The translations under genes were made by a program, and so were the position numbers. A model generated the notes under the pieces. That model ran no database searches and was not told the DNA's origin. It worked only from the letters and a program-made list of their open reading frames with translations. Of a stretch of 64,000 bases of DNA, positions 25,801 to 38,809 are shown one piece after another (the first letter of the stretch is position 1; every line of letters begins with the position of its first letter). The stretch is from Octopus vulgaris (lineage: Eukaryota): NCBI GenBank assembly GCA_951406725.2, contig OX597822.1:57908001-57972000 (forward strand), read 5' to 3'.

Positions 25801-25946
25801 TTTATTTATAATTTGACTCCAAATGTTTTGGGTTTGACTTCCAAGGGAGCTAATTATAAATATTATTGTCACTTCAGAAAAAGAGGAACTCTCCAAGTCT
25901 TCGGGTTATTTCATCGTTTGTATGGTGGCTCCAACGTGCTACCAAA

Positions 25947-26027
25947 ATGCACGTGGTTGCCAACAAACTTCAACTGACATTGGCAATTTTAAAGCCTGAT
26001 TGTATGGCTTGTCCACACATCATATCA
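25947..26027 (+). CDS. NME6: Nucleoside diphosphate kinase 6, coding exon 1
   Basis: MHVVANKLQLTLAILKPDCMACPHIIS (compare NME6 LQLTLALIKPD); GTAAGA donor. Six exons of 81+103+40+84+77+149 nt give 177 aa plus stop with consistent phases. Confidence 0.93.
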
Positions 26028-26308
26028 GTAAGAATAATTTATCTTATTTCATTAACTTTTTTGCTATTATTTTTTTTTTTTGCTTTAAAAATCTATGAAA
26101 AAACCAATGTTGACATTACTCCGACTCACCTCTATCTATTTATTTACTTTCCTTTTATTATTGTAGTTTTTTTTTTCTTCGTTATATTGTAAACATGACC
26201 GTATTGGTATGAGGCGATGATTTTTCTCCCCCTCTCTTTTACTCACCATCCTCTTGCTTTACTTTATTTTTGTCCGACTGATTTTTCTTCCTCCTCTTTC
26301 TCTCCTTC

Positions 26309-26372
26309 ACACACACACACATTCTCTCTCTCTCTCTCTCTCCCCCTCTCACTTTCTCTCTCTCTCTCTCTC
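26309..26372. repeat. (CA)n/(CT)n compound microsatellite
   Basis: Directly visible. Confidence 0.9.
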
Positions 26373-27131
26373 TGTTTATGGAAAGTTCATCATATGGAAA
26401 GTACATACACACTTATTTTTTTATAGCTTATTTATTTTGAATGAATTTTATTTTAATATTTACGTTTAAAACTATGTTACATAATTGATAAAAAAAAATT
26501 ACAAGAAAGAAAATTCCAAACAAATAACAAAACCATTTCACATATAAATGATACAAAAAACTGAAACTAAAAATTTACATTGTTTTTAATGTGACCATTA
26601 TGATTGCAATATGTGTATATATACATTAAAACATCAAAAGGAAAAGCATATCCAACAGCTTGGTAGAGAGACCTACCTTTCAGAAAATTTAGTTAAATTG
26701 TCAGTAACAGATGTTCTGGAAGTTTATTCCATATTGGGACTATTCTATTTTTTAAAAATCACGTAATTGGTGACATTTAACAAAAATCTTTTTTAGAATG
26801 ACCTATGGTATTAGAATTTTCGGTTTTGAAAGAAATCGTTAATGAAAATATCCGCTAAATTGTTCGTGTTTATTAAAAATACGCTAGTCCACACCGTTAA
26901 AGCTAAAAACTTGAGACAGATATTGTAACCAGGTATTGTAATTATTCAACGCCAATCTAAACAACACCTGAAATTGACTTCGAATTGGTCATCACTTTAA
27001 ACAGTTCCGACCACATGCAAGCATGCGAATTACCTGCAACAACAATTAGCCGAACAATAATCTCATCGATCTGGTACATAGATTGATTGGGCATTCTTTC
27101 GGTTTGACTCGACGATACAATAACAAGAACT

Positions 27132-27161
27132 TGATAGATAGATAGATAGATAGATAGATAG
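27132..27161. repeat. (GATA)n microsatellite
   Basis: Directly visible tandem GATA. Confidence 0.95.
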
Positions 27162-28660
27162 AGGACTGGATACGTTTACTTAATAATAGAATAATGTAAA
27201 TATAACGTTACTCCAACCACGGAAACTAAATCCTGATTGTCATTAAATTAAATCTCTGTGGCTTTCCAAATTCTCTTCACGATTCTGTACCCTCTTTCTA
27301 CGCGGTGATGTCGCTAAATTACTAAATTATGAGTATTATCATGATATAGTAGAGTTGAATACTTGAGGCAGAAGTTAAAGAAATCAATGATGTTGACTTG
27401 TTATTTGAAACTAAGTACAGAGTGTCACATGATCAAACGACAACTCTTGTACAATCGGAGGATATGATGAGGGTAGCAGCTGTGCCGGTGCAGTGTACTT
27501 ATGAGTTATATGTTCAAATGATACTAGTGGAGGGGTTTGTTTGTTTTGTTTTGTTTTTCATATTTAGGTTTAATTCAAGCTATGCATCTGCCAACATGAA
27601 TCAGGTTTATATCTGCAGAAAAGATCTCCAGTAAAATCTTTTTCTAGGCATGGCTGTGTGGTATGAAGTTTGCTTCCCAACCACATGTTTACAGGTTCAG
27701 TTCCACTACATAACACCTTGGGCAGTTCTACTATAGCTCGAGACAGACCAAAGCCTTGTGAGAAGATTTGGTATATGTAAATTGAGAGGAGTCAGTCATC
27801 ATCATCTTCATCATCCTCATTTAACGTCCGTTTTCCATGCAGGATTGGGTTGGACGGTTTGATGATCTGGCAGAATCGTTAGCACGCCGGGCGAAATGCT
27901 CAGCTGTATTTCATCTGCCGTTACATTCTGAGTTCAAATTCCGCCGAGGTCGACTTTGCCTTTCATCCTATCGGGATCGATTAAATAAGTACCAGTTACG
28001 CACTGGGGTTGATGTAATCGACTTAATCCGTTTGTCTGTCCTTGTTTGTCCCCTCTGTGTTTAGCCCCTTGTGGGTAGTAAAGAAATAGGTTTGACTGAA
28101 AACCAGTAAGCTGGGGAGCTGTATGAGGTTCCAATCTGATTCGGCATGGTTTCTTGGTTTCTACAGCTGGATGCCCTTCCTAACGCCAAGCACTCCAAAA
28201 GTGTACAAGGTGCTTTTTACATGCCACTGGCATGGGTGACAGTTACAAAGCACCAGCATCAGCCACAATTATGATGCACGTGTGTATGTGTTTGCATCTG
28301 ATCCCCACTCCCACTGCTTGACAACTGGTGTTGGTTTGTTTTCATCCATGTAACATAGAGGTTTGGCAAGCAACCTGTAAACTAAGTACCAGACATTAAC
28401 AAATAAGTACTGGGGTCAATTTGTAACTGAAACCCATCAAGGCAGTACACAGTCCAATGGCTGAAACAAGTAAAATTAGAATATATAATTAGAATAAACA
28501 TTTCTTTACATTTTCTGAGCTCCGACTGGAACATTAAAAAGAAGTAGTTGAGGCAGTTATGATCAGCATATGCTCTGCATTTTATGCCTATCTCCTCTCC
28601 ATTGGTAATCTTCCCAGGGCTGTGATTCAGGCCATTTATCAAAACAAGAAGTGCCATTAA

Positions 28661-29254
28661 CCCATTTGTTACTATATTGAACCAAATTTGATGACTGGCA
28701 CCCATGCCAGTGGAGCGCTAACAGCTCCATCCGAGCAGAATCACTGCCAGAGCAGCTGTCTGGCTTCCGTGCCGGTGGCATGGAAAAAGCACCATTTGAG
28801 CTTGATTGTTACCAGCATCGCCTTACTGGCACGTGAAGAAAACGTTCGAGCGAGGTTGTTGCCAGTGCAGCTGGACTGACTCCTGTGCAGGTGGCACGTA
28901 AAAAACACCATTTGAGCGTAAAAGCACCCACTACACTCTCGGAGTGGTTGGCATTAGGAAGGGCATCCAGCTGTAGAAATTCTGCCAGATAAAGATTGGA
29001 GCCTGGTGCGGCCATCTGGTTCGCAAGTCCTCAGTCAAATCGTCCAACCCATGCTAGCATGAAAAGCAGACATTAAATGATGATTTTTATTGAAATACTC
29101 TACTTTCATTTCAGTTAATTTTGAAAATAATGAATTTAGTAAATAAGGAGAACAAATTAACATGAAGTTTTGATAAAAAAAAATTAATTTAGACCACTTT
29201 AAAACAGAAGATTGTATCATAGAACCAGTCTCTGGCAGGCTGACATCAAAAAGG
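28661..29254. mobile_element. piggyBac-like MITE interrupted by a SINE (about 28682-29085)
   Basis: TTAA|CCCATTTG ... CAAAAAGG|TTAA. The inserted SINE ends in an ATG-repeat tail and is flanked by duplicated TATTGAA. Confidence 0.6.
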
Positions 29255-30420
29255 TTAAAGCTGATTTTAGTACACATGTACCAGAGTTGACATTCTAAAT
29301 CTTGAGCCAAAATGAGGGTTAGCTTATTCCTGTCATTAATATCATGTATTGGATCACACATGATACATCAACATTCTCTTCCTACTCTTTCCAGAAATAC
29401 CAGAATTATTTTCTCTTCTTTTCTATCATTATCATCATCACCTTTTAATGTCTGCTTTCCATACTGGCATGGGTTGGATGGGTTGACACTGAGCTGGCCA
29501 GCCAGGGGTTGTCCAGACTCCAATTGTCTGTTGTGGCATGATTTCTATGTCTGGATGTCCTTCCTAACAGCAGCCACCTTACAGAGTGTGCTGGATGCTT
29601 TTTTACATGCCACCAGCATGGATGCATTTATGCAGCACCAGCATGAGTACATTTAAATGGCACCTATAAAGGACAGACCTATATGTATGACTGACCACAA
29701 TTTTACTTAGCTTGCCACATCTCGAGCACAGCAAATCGCAACAATTTCTGGTCCCTTGTCATTTTCTCAGTGAGGCCCAACATCTGAAGATCCTAATTAT
29801 TTATGGTTTAATGTAAAGCATATTATGAAAGTTCAAATCCAGCTAAAGCTTAATATTTTGAATTGTATTTACATGAAGGATTTTTTTTTGTTTTCTTACC
29901 AAGTGTATTTATCTTCAATGTAAAGCAAAAAGTGAAGGGTTAAATTTATTAAAGTTAAATATTCCATTTTGATTTTTTATCCCCACTGTTATCTGCACAT
30001 GTTTTGATATTGTTTATTGTCTTTACACCACATTTGTACAGTTAATAGAAAACTTAGTGAATTTAAGTCAAAGTTATACATAGACATAAAAACTATTTAG
30101 GAACAGTTTTATGAAATAGTGGCACATCTATGACTTGTGTAGTAAGGACTTTTGCTTTGCAATCACATGGTTCCAGGTTCAGTCCCACTGCATAGCACTT
30201 TGGGCAAATGTCTTCTATTATAGCCCCCATGCAGATCATAGTCTTGTAAGTGGATTTGGGTGACAAAAACTGAAAGTCCATTGTGTATATATATCATTAT
30301 CATCGTTTATATATATATATATATATGAGAAAAGGTATAAATAATGGTCATATATTTTTCCTTTATTGGAGTAAATTTGGTTTACAGCTGTTTTCAGTAG
30401 TTATAGGTTCACTACTGAAG

Positions 30421-30703
30421 TGAAGGCACATGGCTTAGTGGTTAGAGCATTGAGCTTATGATCGTGAGGTTGTGAGTTCGAATCCCGGACCAGGCTGCGT
30501 GTTGTGTTCTTAAGCAAGACACTTTATTTCACGTCACTGGTGCCAAGCTGTATTGACCTTTGCCTTTCCCTTGGATAACACTGGTGGCGTGGAGAGGGGA
30601 GGCAACTGCTGGTCTTCCATAAACAACCTTGCCCAGATTTGTGCCTGGGAGGGTAACTTTCTAGGTGCAGTCCCATGGTCAGTCATGACCAAAGGGGGTC
30701 TCA
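30421..30703 (+). mobile_element. tRNA-derived SINE with intact Pol III boxes
   Basis: A box TGGCTTAGTGG and B box GTTCGAATCC, followed by a non-tRNA body. Inserted inside an inverted repeat. Confidence 0.75.
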
Positions 30704-31849
30704 GTGGTCAACTGATAGGTTTACTCAACTAGTCTATTGATCAGTTGAGAAAAGTTGAACAACCTAAAAAATTAATGCTACTTTTGTCAGAGCCATTTCT
30801 GGTTATGCTCATCAGTAATGAACCTGTAATAACTACTGGAAACAGCTGTAAGCTAAATTTACTCCAATGAAGGAAAAATATGTAGTGACCATTATTTATA
30901 CCTTGTCTTGTATATCTCTGTTTAAAATCCAGTATAACCGGAGCACAATCATGGATTTGCAATATAGAATGGTGATGAACCTGCCACCTCGGACCCTGCC
31001 ACAAGAATACTTAGATTTCTTTACTAATCTAAACAATATTTTTAGTTTGGTGTACTAACAGAGAGCTTAAGAAGTATTTTGCCTGGATTGATAATCCCTC
31101 ACAAATAACTATACATATATATGTGTATATAGCTGTTTGTTGACAACTTCTTCCACATTGTAAGAGTAATACCCAATATTTCTGGTGTTTTAATGGTGAT
31201 ACTCATCATCATATTACCTTCCTGTTGCCAAGCAAGGTAATATTTTCCCAAAGCCAGACATGCTCTCACAGAAATGTGGAACTGAATGACACTGCTTGTA
31301 TTACAGTGACAACCATTTTACAACTATCACACAAGGTCAAGACAAGGTGACAAACATACACACACACATATGCACAGTGATGGTGCCATGTAAAAAGCAC
31401 TAGTTCTGGTGCCACATAAAAGCTGCTCAGTACACTCTGTAAAGTGGTTGGCATTAGGAAGGGCATCCAAACATAGAAAGTATGCCAAAACAGTCAATGG
31501 AACCTGATGTGGATTCCAGCTTTGCCAGCTCCAGTCAAACTGTCCAACCCATGCCAGTATGGATGTTAAGTGATGAAGAATGAAGAAAACAGTGGGCTTC
31601 TTTCAATTTTTGTCCACCAAATCTACTCGTAAGGTGCCACACAATGGGACTAAACCTGGAACCATGTGGTTGGTAAGCAAACTTCTTACCACACAACCAC
31701 ACCTGCACCATAATTATTTTCTGTTTTAACCTTTGGCCATTTGAAGATATGGAATAATTTCTTTTATTTTAACAGAAATTTTGAGTTTAACCTTGTTGGA
31801 TTGTAAGTGATTATGAAATGACATCTAGTGAGAAAACTTTCTGGCTCTT

Positions 31850-32357
31850 CGTGGTTGATAGTTAAACAGTGGAATTGAGTATTAATTTCTCCACCTTCAA
31901 AAAAAAAAGCCAAAATTTCACTGATCAGTGCCAAGCAAGCAACTCACTCGTGAGATTCAGCAATTCAGAATTTGGCTGCAAGTAAATTTGTTTCTGTTAG
32001 CTAATCTCTAAGCACATCTAACCAAGAAAATAATTGAATAATTTACCTCATGAAAAAAAGATAATAAACTATCCTTGTATTTTACTTCATAAATATTTAT
32101 TTGAATAATTTCCAAATTTATGAAGTAAAATATGATATTTTATTCACTTAGTTTTTATAAAGTAAATCATTTAATTTTTCCATGGTGAGAGATTAAATAA
32201 CAGAAAATAAGATTCTTCATAGCCAAATTCTGAACTGCTAAATCTCACCAGCAAGTTGTTTACTTGGCACTGATCAACAGAATTTTGGATAATTTTTTTG
32301 TTTTCGTTTTAGGTGTGAAAATGAATACTCAGTTCTACTATTTAACTAGCAACCATA
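31850..32357. repeat. Foldback/MITE-like inverted repeat
   Basis: CTGATCAGTGCCAAGCAAGCAACTC..GTGAGATTCAGCAATTCAGAATTTGGCT at about 31920-31978 mirrors AGCCAAATTCTGAACTGCTAAATCTCACC..CTTGGCACTGATC at about 32221-32275; the outer arms also match. Confidence 0.8.
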
Positions 32358-32527
32358 ATGAACTAAGAGACTTGCTTTGCACCATGTATTTCCAGGTTTA
32401 GCCTCTCTGTGTGGCACCTTGGGCAAGTGTTTTCTACTATAGCCCTCGGCTGACCAATACCTTGTGAGTGGATTTTGCAGATAGAAACTATGTGAAAGCA
32501 TGTAATGTGTGTGTGTGTGTGTGTATA

Positions 32528-34370
32528 CAGTATCTCACAGAAGCATGTAGACCCCTAAAATATTTCAGTAAAATTGGCATTACTCTGATAACATCAAAGG
32601 AAATCAAATGAAATTTATACTGAATAAAATATATTATACATGCAAACATTATACAAATTTGGAACACAAAATAAACATTTTCAAAGATATGAACGAAATA
32701 TTAATTTTCAAACATTATAAAAATATATACACCCTAAAGGAAATTTGCTATATTCAATATTTTATCTACTTCTTTTACTAAATTCAGATATTGCTGATAA
32801 TTTCAATTCTAATAAATTATTTCTCCTGGCATTTTTGCGTCGGTCATTGTTAATGCATCTGCAGGAATTCTGATTTGTGTACCATGGGGAAAATCTTCAT
32901 TGTGATTAAAATGGCACCAAAAGGAAAAGAATTATCTGAAGATTTGAAGAAAATTATTTTTAATTTGCACAAGAATTATTTAGGATACAAGTTAATTACC
33001 AAACAAATACATATTATCATAAACACAGTTGCCAAAGTAATTCAAAAGTACAAAGCTACTGGACAGCTAAGCAGTAAACATCATCCAGGTCATCCTTCTA
33101 TTTTAACTGCCTGTGATATCCGCCACATAAGGCAGCGAGTTGGCAGAAACGTTAGCATGCCGGGTGAAATGCTTAGCGGTATTTCGTTTGCCATTACATT
33201 CTGAGTTAAAATTCTGCTGAGGTCGACTTTGCCTTTCATCCTTTCGGGGTCGATAAATTAAGTACCAGTTGCATACTGGGGTCGATCTAATCGACTGGTC
33301 CCCTCCCCCAAAATGTCGGGCCTTGTGCCTAGAGTAGAAAAGGATGTTCGCCACATCCAACATTGCATAATGAACAGCAGGCGTTGTACCATTTCATCTT
33401 TGGCCTAAGAAGTGTCTTCTGTTAGTGGAAAGAGTGTATCCACCCAAACAGTTCTCCGAAGTTTGAACTGGTGTGGTCTTCATGGACACATTCCTTGTAG
33501 GAAGCCTCTCTTCACTACCATGCATAAATCAAGTCGTCTTTCTTTTGCCAAAACCTATTTGAGTAAAGGGAAGGAGTTTTGGATTAAAATTCTTTTTTCT
33601 AACGAGACTAAAATTAACTTATTTGGGTCAGATGGTATTAAACAACAACCAGGTGAAGATAATAGCAACAAATGCACCGTGCCTACCATGTAACACAATG
33701 ACAGAAGTGTTATGCTTTGGGGATGCATGAGTGCAGCTGGTGTAGGAGGACTCACATTTATTGAGAGAACAATGGATTCAAGGCTTTATTGTGGCATATT
33801 GCAGAAAACAATGTTGGAAAGCATCAAGGAACTAAGAAGACATTCCATGTTCCAACATGATAATGACCCTAAACACACTTTAAAGATAGCAACTAAGTTT
33901 TTATCAGATATAAAGGTAAAGGTATTGCCTTGGCCTACCATGTCACCTGATTTAAACCCAATAGAATGTCTTTGGGGTGTTTTAAAAAGAAAGGTTAAGG
34001 AGAAAAAACCCCGCAATGTAACACAGTTGAAAGACATCATGCAGGATAAATGGCAGTCAATTTCATTGGTTATATGCAGAAATTTAGTCGACTCTATGCC
34101 AAGAAGACTTAATGTAGTCATTGAAAGCAAGGACGGTTACACCAAATATTGAATATAACAAATAATTCTTTGGGGTGTACATACCTTTGTATCGTTTGAA
34201 AATTAATATTTCATTCATATCTTTGAAAATGTTTATTGTTTTTTGTTCCAAATTTATATAATGTTTGCATGTATAATATATTTTATTCAGTATAAATTTT
34301 GTTTGATTTCCTTTGGCAATTTTACTGAAAATCTTTGGGGTGGGGGTGTACGTACTTCTGTGAGATATTG
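32528..34370 (+). mobile_element. Near full-length Tc1 transposon with long TIRs; transposase (32911-34152) inactivated by stops and a SINE
   Basis: TA|CAGTATCTCACAGAAG ... CTTCTGTGAGATATTG|TA, with ~200-bp TIRs containing repeated ACCCC/GGGGT motifs. Protein motifs: MAPKGKELS, ILFSNETKINLFG, MFQHDNDPKHT, WPTMSPDLNPIE, GYTKY*. Confidence 0.95.
33129..33342 (+). mobile_element. SINE family A inserted in the Tc1 transposase
   Basis: Flanked by near-duplicates GATATCCGCCACAT (33115-33128) and GATGTTCGCCACAT (33343-33356). Confidence 0.85.
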
Positions 34371-34419
<49 letters not shown>

Positions 34420-34720
34420 AAGTAAAATGCACTCAAATTTTAAGTTGAAAAAATATATTTACGAAATAAAATGTTTACATAGTCAGCTGGTTTCACTAAT
34501 GCTATTCAGTTCAAAATGGTTTGTGGTAATCGTATAATTTCAGGTCATCACAAGTTGTCGTTCCATGTTGGTAGAACAGAACAAGTTATGATAACATGAA
34601 ATTATAACATTGCCACTAACTCTTCTGTCATGAATAATATAACTAAAACCAGTCAACTATGTAAATATTTTGTTTCGTAAATATACTTTTACCAGCGTAA
34701 AATCTTTTGTGCATTTTTCT
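34420..34720. repeat. Large imperfect palindrome, probable Penelope inverted pLTR remnant
   Basis: AAAATGCAC..TATTTACGAAATAAAATGTTTACATAGTCAGCTGGTTTC mirrors AAAACCAGTCAACTATGTAAATATTTTGTTTCGTAAATA..GTGCATTTT; the inner arms also pair. Confidence 0.7.
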
Positions 34721-37700
34721 TCTTTTTATATATATTTTTGCTATGATTCATCATATGGAACTTTTTCTTGAACCTTTTCACTATTTGTGTGTGTGTACAT
34801 ATATATGTGTGTGTGTGTTAGTGTTTGGTCCCCACTACTCCTTGACAACTAGTTTTAGTTCATGTTCCCATAACTTAGTGATTCAACAAAAGGGTCTAAT
34901 AGAATATGTACCAGACTTAAAATAAATACTTGGATCGATTTGTTCAGCTAAAACTCTCCAAGGTGATGCCTCAGCATGCTCAAGAACTCCACTAAAATTT
35001 CCTTATTGGAAACTGTATTTTTGGTTTTGTAGTTAAATGCAATCTAAAGTTCTTCCTTTCACAAAGAGTTACAGAATCTGACATGGCCATTTTGTTTAGT
35101 ACTATTTTACTCTACTGGACCCTCTTAGCCATTCAGTGTTTAAAAAAAAAATCCTATTTTTGTAATTAAATATTATTAGGAATTGTATTTAAAAAATTGT
35201 TAAAATATTTTATATATTGTAAAAATGTAACGAATAAATTTTAACAACATAATCTTACATGGACTCCAGTTGAGAATTGCTAGTTTAATGTATCAAGATT
35301 TCTTCAAAATCTTTGTGTAATTTTAAAGTGAATGCAGGCAATTTCAGATTTTTAAATTTAATATTATATATCTGATTGCATATGGTTCAATTGCATTATG
35401 AGATTTTTTTACACATATATGTTATATGTATATATATCATCAGCAAAAGTTAGAGAGTAAGTCAAAAGCTGAGTGTTTCGTGTATTGGGTCTTATCAAAC
35501 ATGAATTTGTCCATTGTTACTCTGTAACTTCTGACGAAATAACTTCTAAAATACAAAATTTTGTCCAAAACGTTAAGAGTAAACCCTGTTCTATGTGACA
35601 CATTCTACCAGTGTCAGAAGTTTCAAAGTGTTTAGTTAAAAAAAATTAATTATATAATCTGTACGTCAAATTGAATAGATCCAAAATGGATAAAAGGCAA
35701 AATCAACCTTGGCAAAATTTGAACTGCGAACATTTTGCCCAGCATGCTAACGTTTCTGCCAGCTCACAGAAATATATTCTTTATTCTTATTGCTTGGGGC
35801 ATTACTTCTTACTTCCTCACTTACTGAGATTAAATTTCATGACATTTTCCCCCATAACTCTTTTTCCACTAATTTTTGTTCAATGTGACTAATGATTCTG
35901 AATTCCTCATGCATTTTTCTATCATTTAAGCCTAAGAAAAGTATACTTTTATTTTAAAATTAAAATATTTATGTTAATTGAAGATGAATATCTGCCTTAC
36001 TGCTCATCTTGAGGTGTGACATATTTTGATGCAACTCTTTTTTCTACTGAACCAAATCTCAATTTATGCCAAAGTGTAGCTGAGGAGGTGTCCTCTTTAA
36101 AACTATTAACAGTTTGCAATTTAGTTGAGAACTGAATTAGTGATGAAGCTTGGAAGCTGTTGCACTTGATGAAATGGTGGACTTAAGAATATATTCAACC
36201 ACTACTGTGGTTGAATGATAATATATATATGTATTAGTGTGAATCTGTTGTAAGAAAAAACAAGAACTTATTTAACTGCCTACAGTAATATGATACACAG
36301 ATATGGCTAACAAACCTGATTTGCAGTTATTAGCCTCTGTTCAGTCTCATGGTATGACACCTTGAGCAAGTGTCCTCTACTATAACCTTGTGTCAGTCAA
36401 AGTTTTGCAAGTGAAATTTGGTACAGGAATGTACAGAAGCCAGTCTGTTGAGTATGTGTACATGCATATGTGTGTGTGTGTGTTTGTATATAATGCACAC
36501 TTCGTATCTGGATTTTTAAATCTAAAAATTATACATTAAACATGAGAACTATGTTTTCAATTTTGTTTTGTTTCCAAATGCATGGTCATATGTGGATGGC
36601 ATAAATTATTTTTTTGTTCAATCTAACTGACATGTAATGTAGAGCTTTAATTGCTATAGAGGTGTTACTTTTTTCTATGATAGTGATTATACATTAAACA
36701 TTCATTACATTTCATAAGCATGCCCACATCAGAGATCATATCACTCAAGCTTGTTTACTCTTTACCAACACATCAAAATGTTTTGCAGCTAAAATGTCAA
36801 ACTGTAAAAAGAAACTGCCAAAGGACAAAATGTACTTAGTTTCTGTTTATATACTGCTGTGCATCTCAGTTTGTGTATACAAACCACTACAAGAACATGT
36901 ACTTCTTAAAATTTTATTTGTGTTTCAATAACTTATTATAATAGATAACACCTTATCTATCCATTTCTCTGCCAACAATATATCTACCCCACCACCAAAA
37001 AAAGTATTTGTAGTGGTGTATTGTATTACCCATGAAGAATCTGGTTGACCCCCCCACACACACACACACCTCTATCTCACCTTGTACACAGCACACATCC
37101 ACTCCACATTTATTCTGTTCTTGCATTTCTACAATTTCACTAGACCTACCTTTCATTGTACCAGCATTAATGGTGACAAGCATGAAGTTTTGTACCTGTA
37201 AGGAGGAAGGAAGATTGTTTCCAGCTGTGGGTGGGTCATTTGCTTGATGTCTGTTTCCTATACCTGAAAGGAAAAGAGTTTGTGCAACTGTTTGATGTCT
37301 TGAAAGGATTTTTACCCATGGTTAGATGTTTCCACTTGATTACTACACACTATTAACATGATAGTGTTTGCCCTGCATGTTCTGCATATCCAATTATGGT
37401 TTTTTCATTGAATTGACAGTCATATTTACAGGGTTTTTCCCATTAAGATGCATTTTCTGTATCACAAATCACTTAACAGCATGGATTCAATATATCATGT
37501 CAACTACATTAGAAAGATTGTCTAGCAGGAGTAAAGTACTCCTTTCACACTATGTTTGTTATTCAGAGTTGCTATTCTCAAAGATAGTTTGCCTGTGCTG
37601 AGTCTTGTAGTGTCCACCCCCCCCCCCATGCAGAATTTTCAGGCTTTCTACTTCCCCTGAGTCAAGTTACCTTCATTAAGGCTTATCTTTCTCCATAATG

Positions 37701-38809
37701 CTGCCATGGGTGTAGTGGTATTAAGTAAGGGAAGGGACAGCTTGTTGTAAGCTGATGGTTTATTGGGTGTGTAAGAATTCTAGAAGTGAAAAGGGGACTA
37801 GCTGACAGAAGACATTAGACATGGAAGAAGAGATTTGCTCTCCCAGACAAGTTGACTCTCCTGTATCTTATGGAGTTCTTGACTCCCCTGTGCAAATTTT
37901 TCAGAATTTCTGCTCTTCTGGTCAAAGTTGGTTGTCTTCATTATGACTCCTGTCTTTCCATAATGTTGCTAGGGATGCTAACAGACTGGTGGTAAGGAAG
38001 GAGGCAGGAGGTTATGGTAAGCTTGTAGTTTTGTTTAAAGTTTATGAGTTCTTAAAAATGAAAGGCAGTGGGGGAGAGCTGACATTATACTAGCAGGTTG
38101 CATCCTGGAAGAGATAAGAAGAATAGGAGCCTCTTGCAGTTGACTGGTGGAAATTGTGGTAATTGAAGTAACGGGTTGAGGGCAGGTTGTTGGAGGGCAT
38201 GAATTGCTAAAAGTGGAAGAGGAGGGGAAGAACTTAACAGTAGAATGGTGCGTTGCAGTAATTGATGAAGTAATGGTGGCTGGCTGTATTGGGCATGATA
38301 GGGAGTGGGAGGAGAGAGCATGCTAACCTGCTGTTCTGACAATTTATAAAGGTTTGTTTACCAAACTGGATTTCATTCTAGAATGTTATTATTACTTCTA
38401 AAAAAAAATAAATATTAATGATATTTATCTAATCTTAACTTATAAACACATATGTCCTACTACAAATGCTACAAATGTAATACATATGTAATACGTATAT
38501 CTGACATAAAAAGGCATGCAGTCTATTACCATCTTGTTTTTAAGAGTATCTTGTGGTATTCTTATTAGCATTTTTGCTTGAATTACTTCAAGATAGAACA
38601 TTATAATTTAGATTAAGTTTAATCTGATTATCATTTATTTTCAGGAAAGAATTTTTTATCTTTTTTTATATAATGATGAAATTTTTGAGTTTTTTTTTTT
38701 ATTTGGAACAGATTGTTGTGAAAAGTTGTAGATTGATTGACTAATACGTTATTTCTTTCCACCCCACCCTGCATAGTTAGATCAATATACACACTGGAAA
38801 TAGCATTAG

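Noticed and set aside
25560-25811. 83-aa hydrophobic ORF upstream of NME6
   Set aside because: GTG start, T-rich composition and no recognisable homology. More likely 5' UTR or intron.
25866-26192. 108-aa single-exon ORF
   Set aside because: Only 25947-26027 matches NME6; the 3' part is T-rich intron read-through.
30421-30495. tRNA gene
   Set aside because: A and B boxes are good, but there is no closing acceptor stem and it runs into a SINE body. It is a SINE head.
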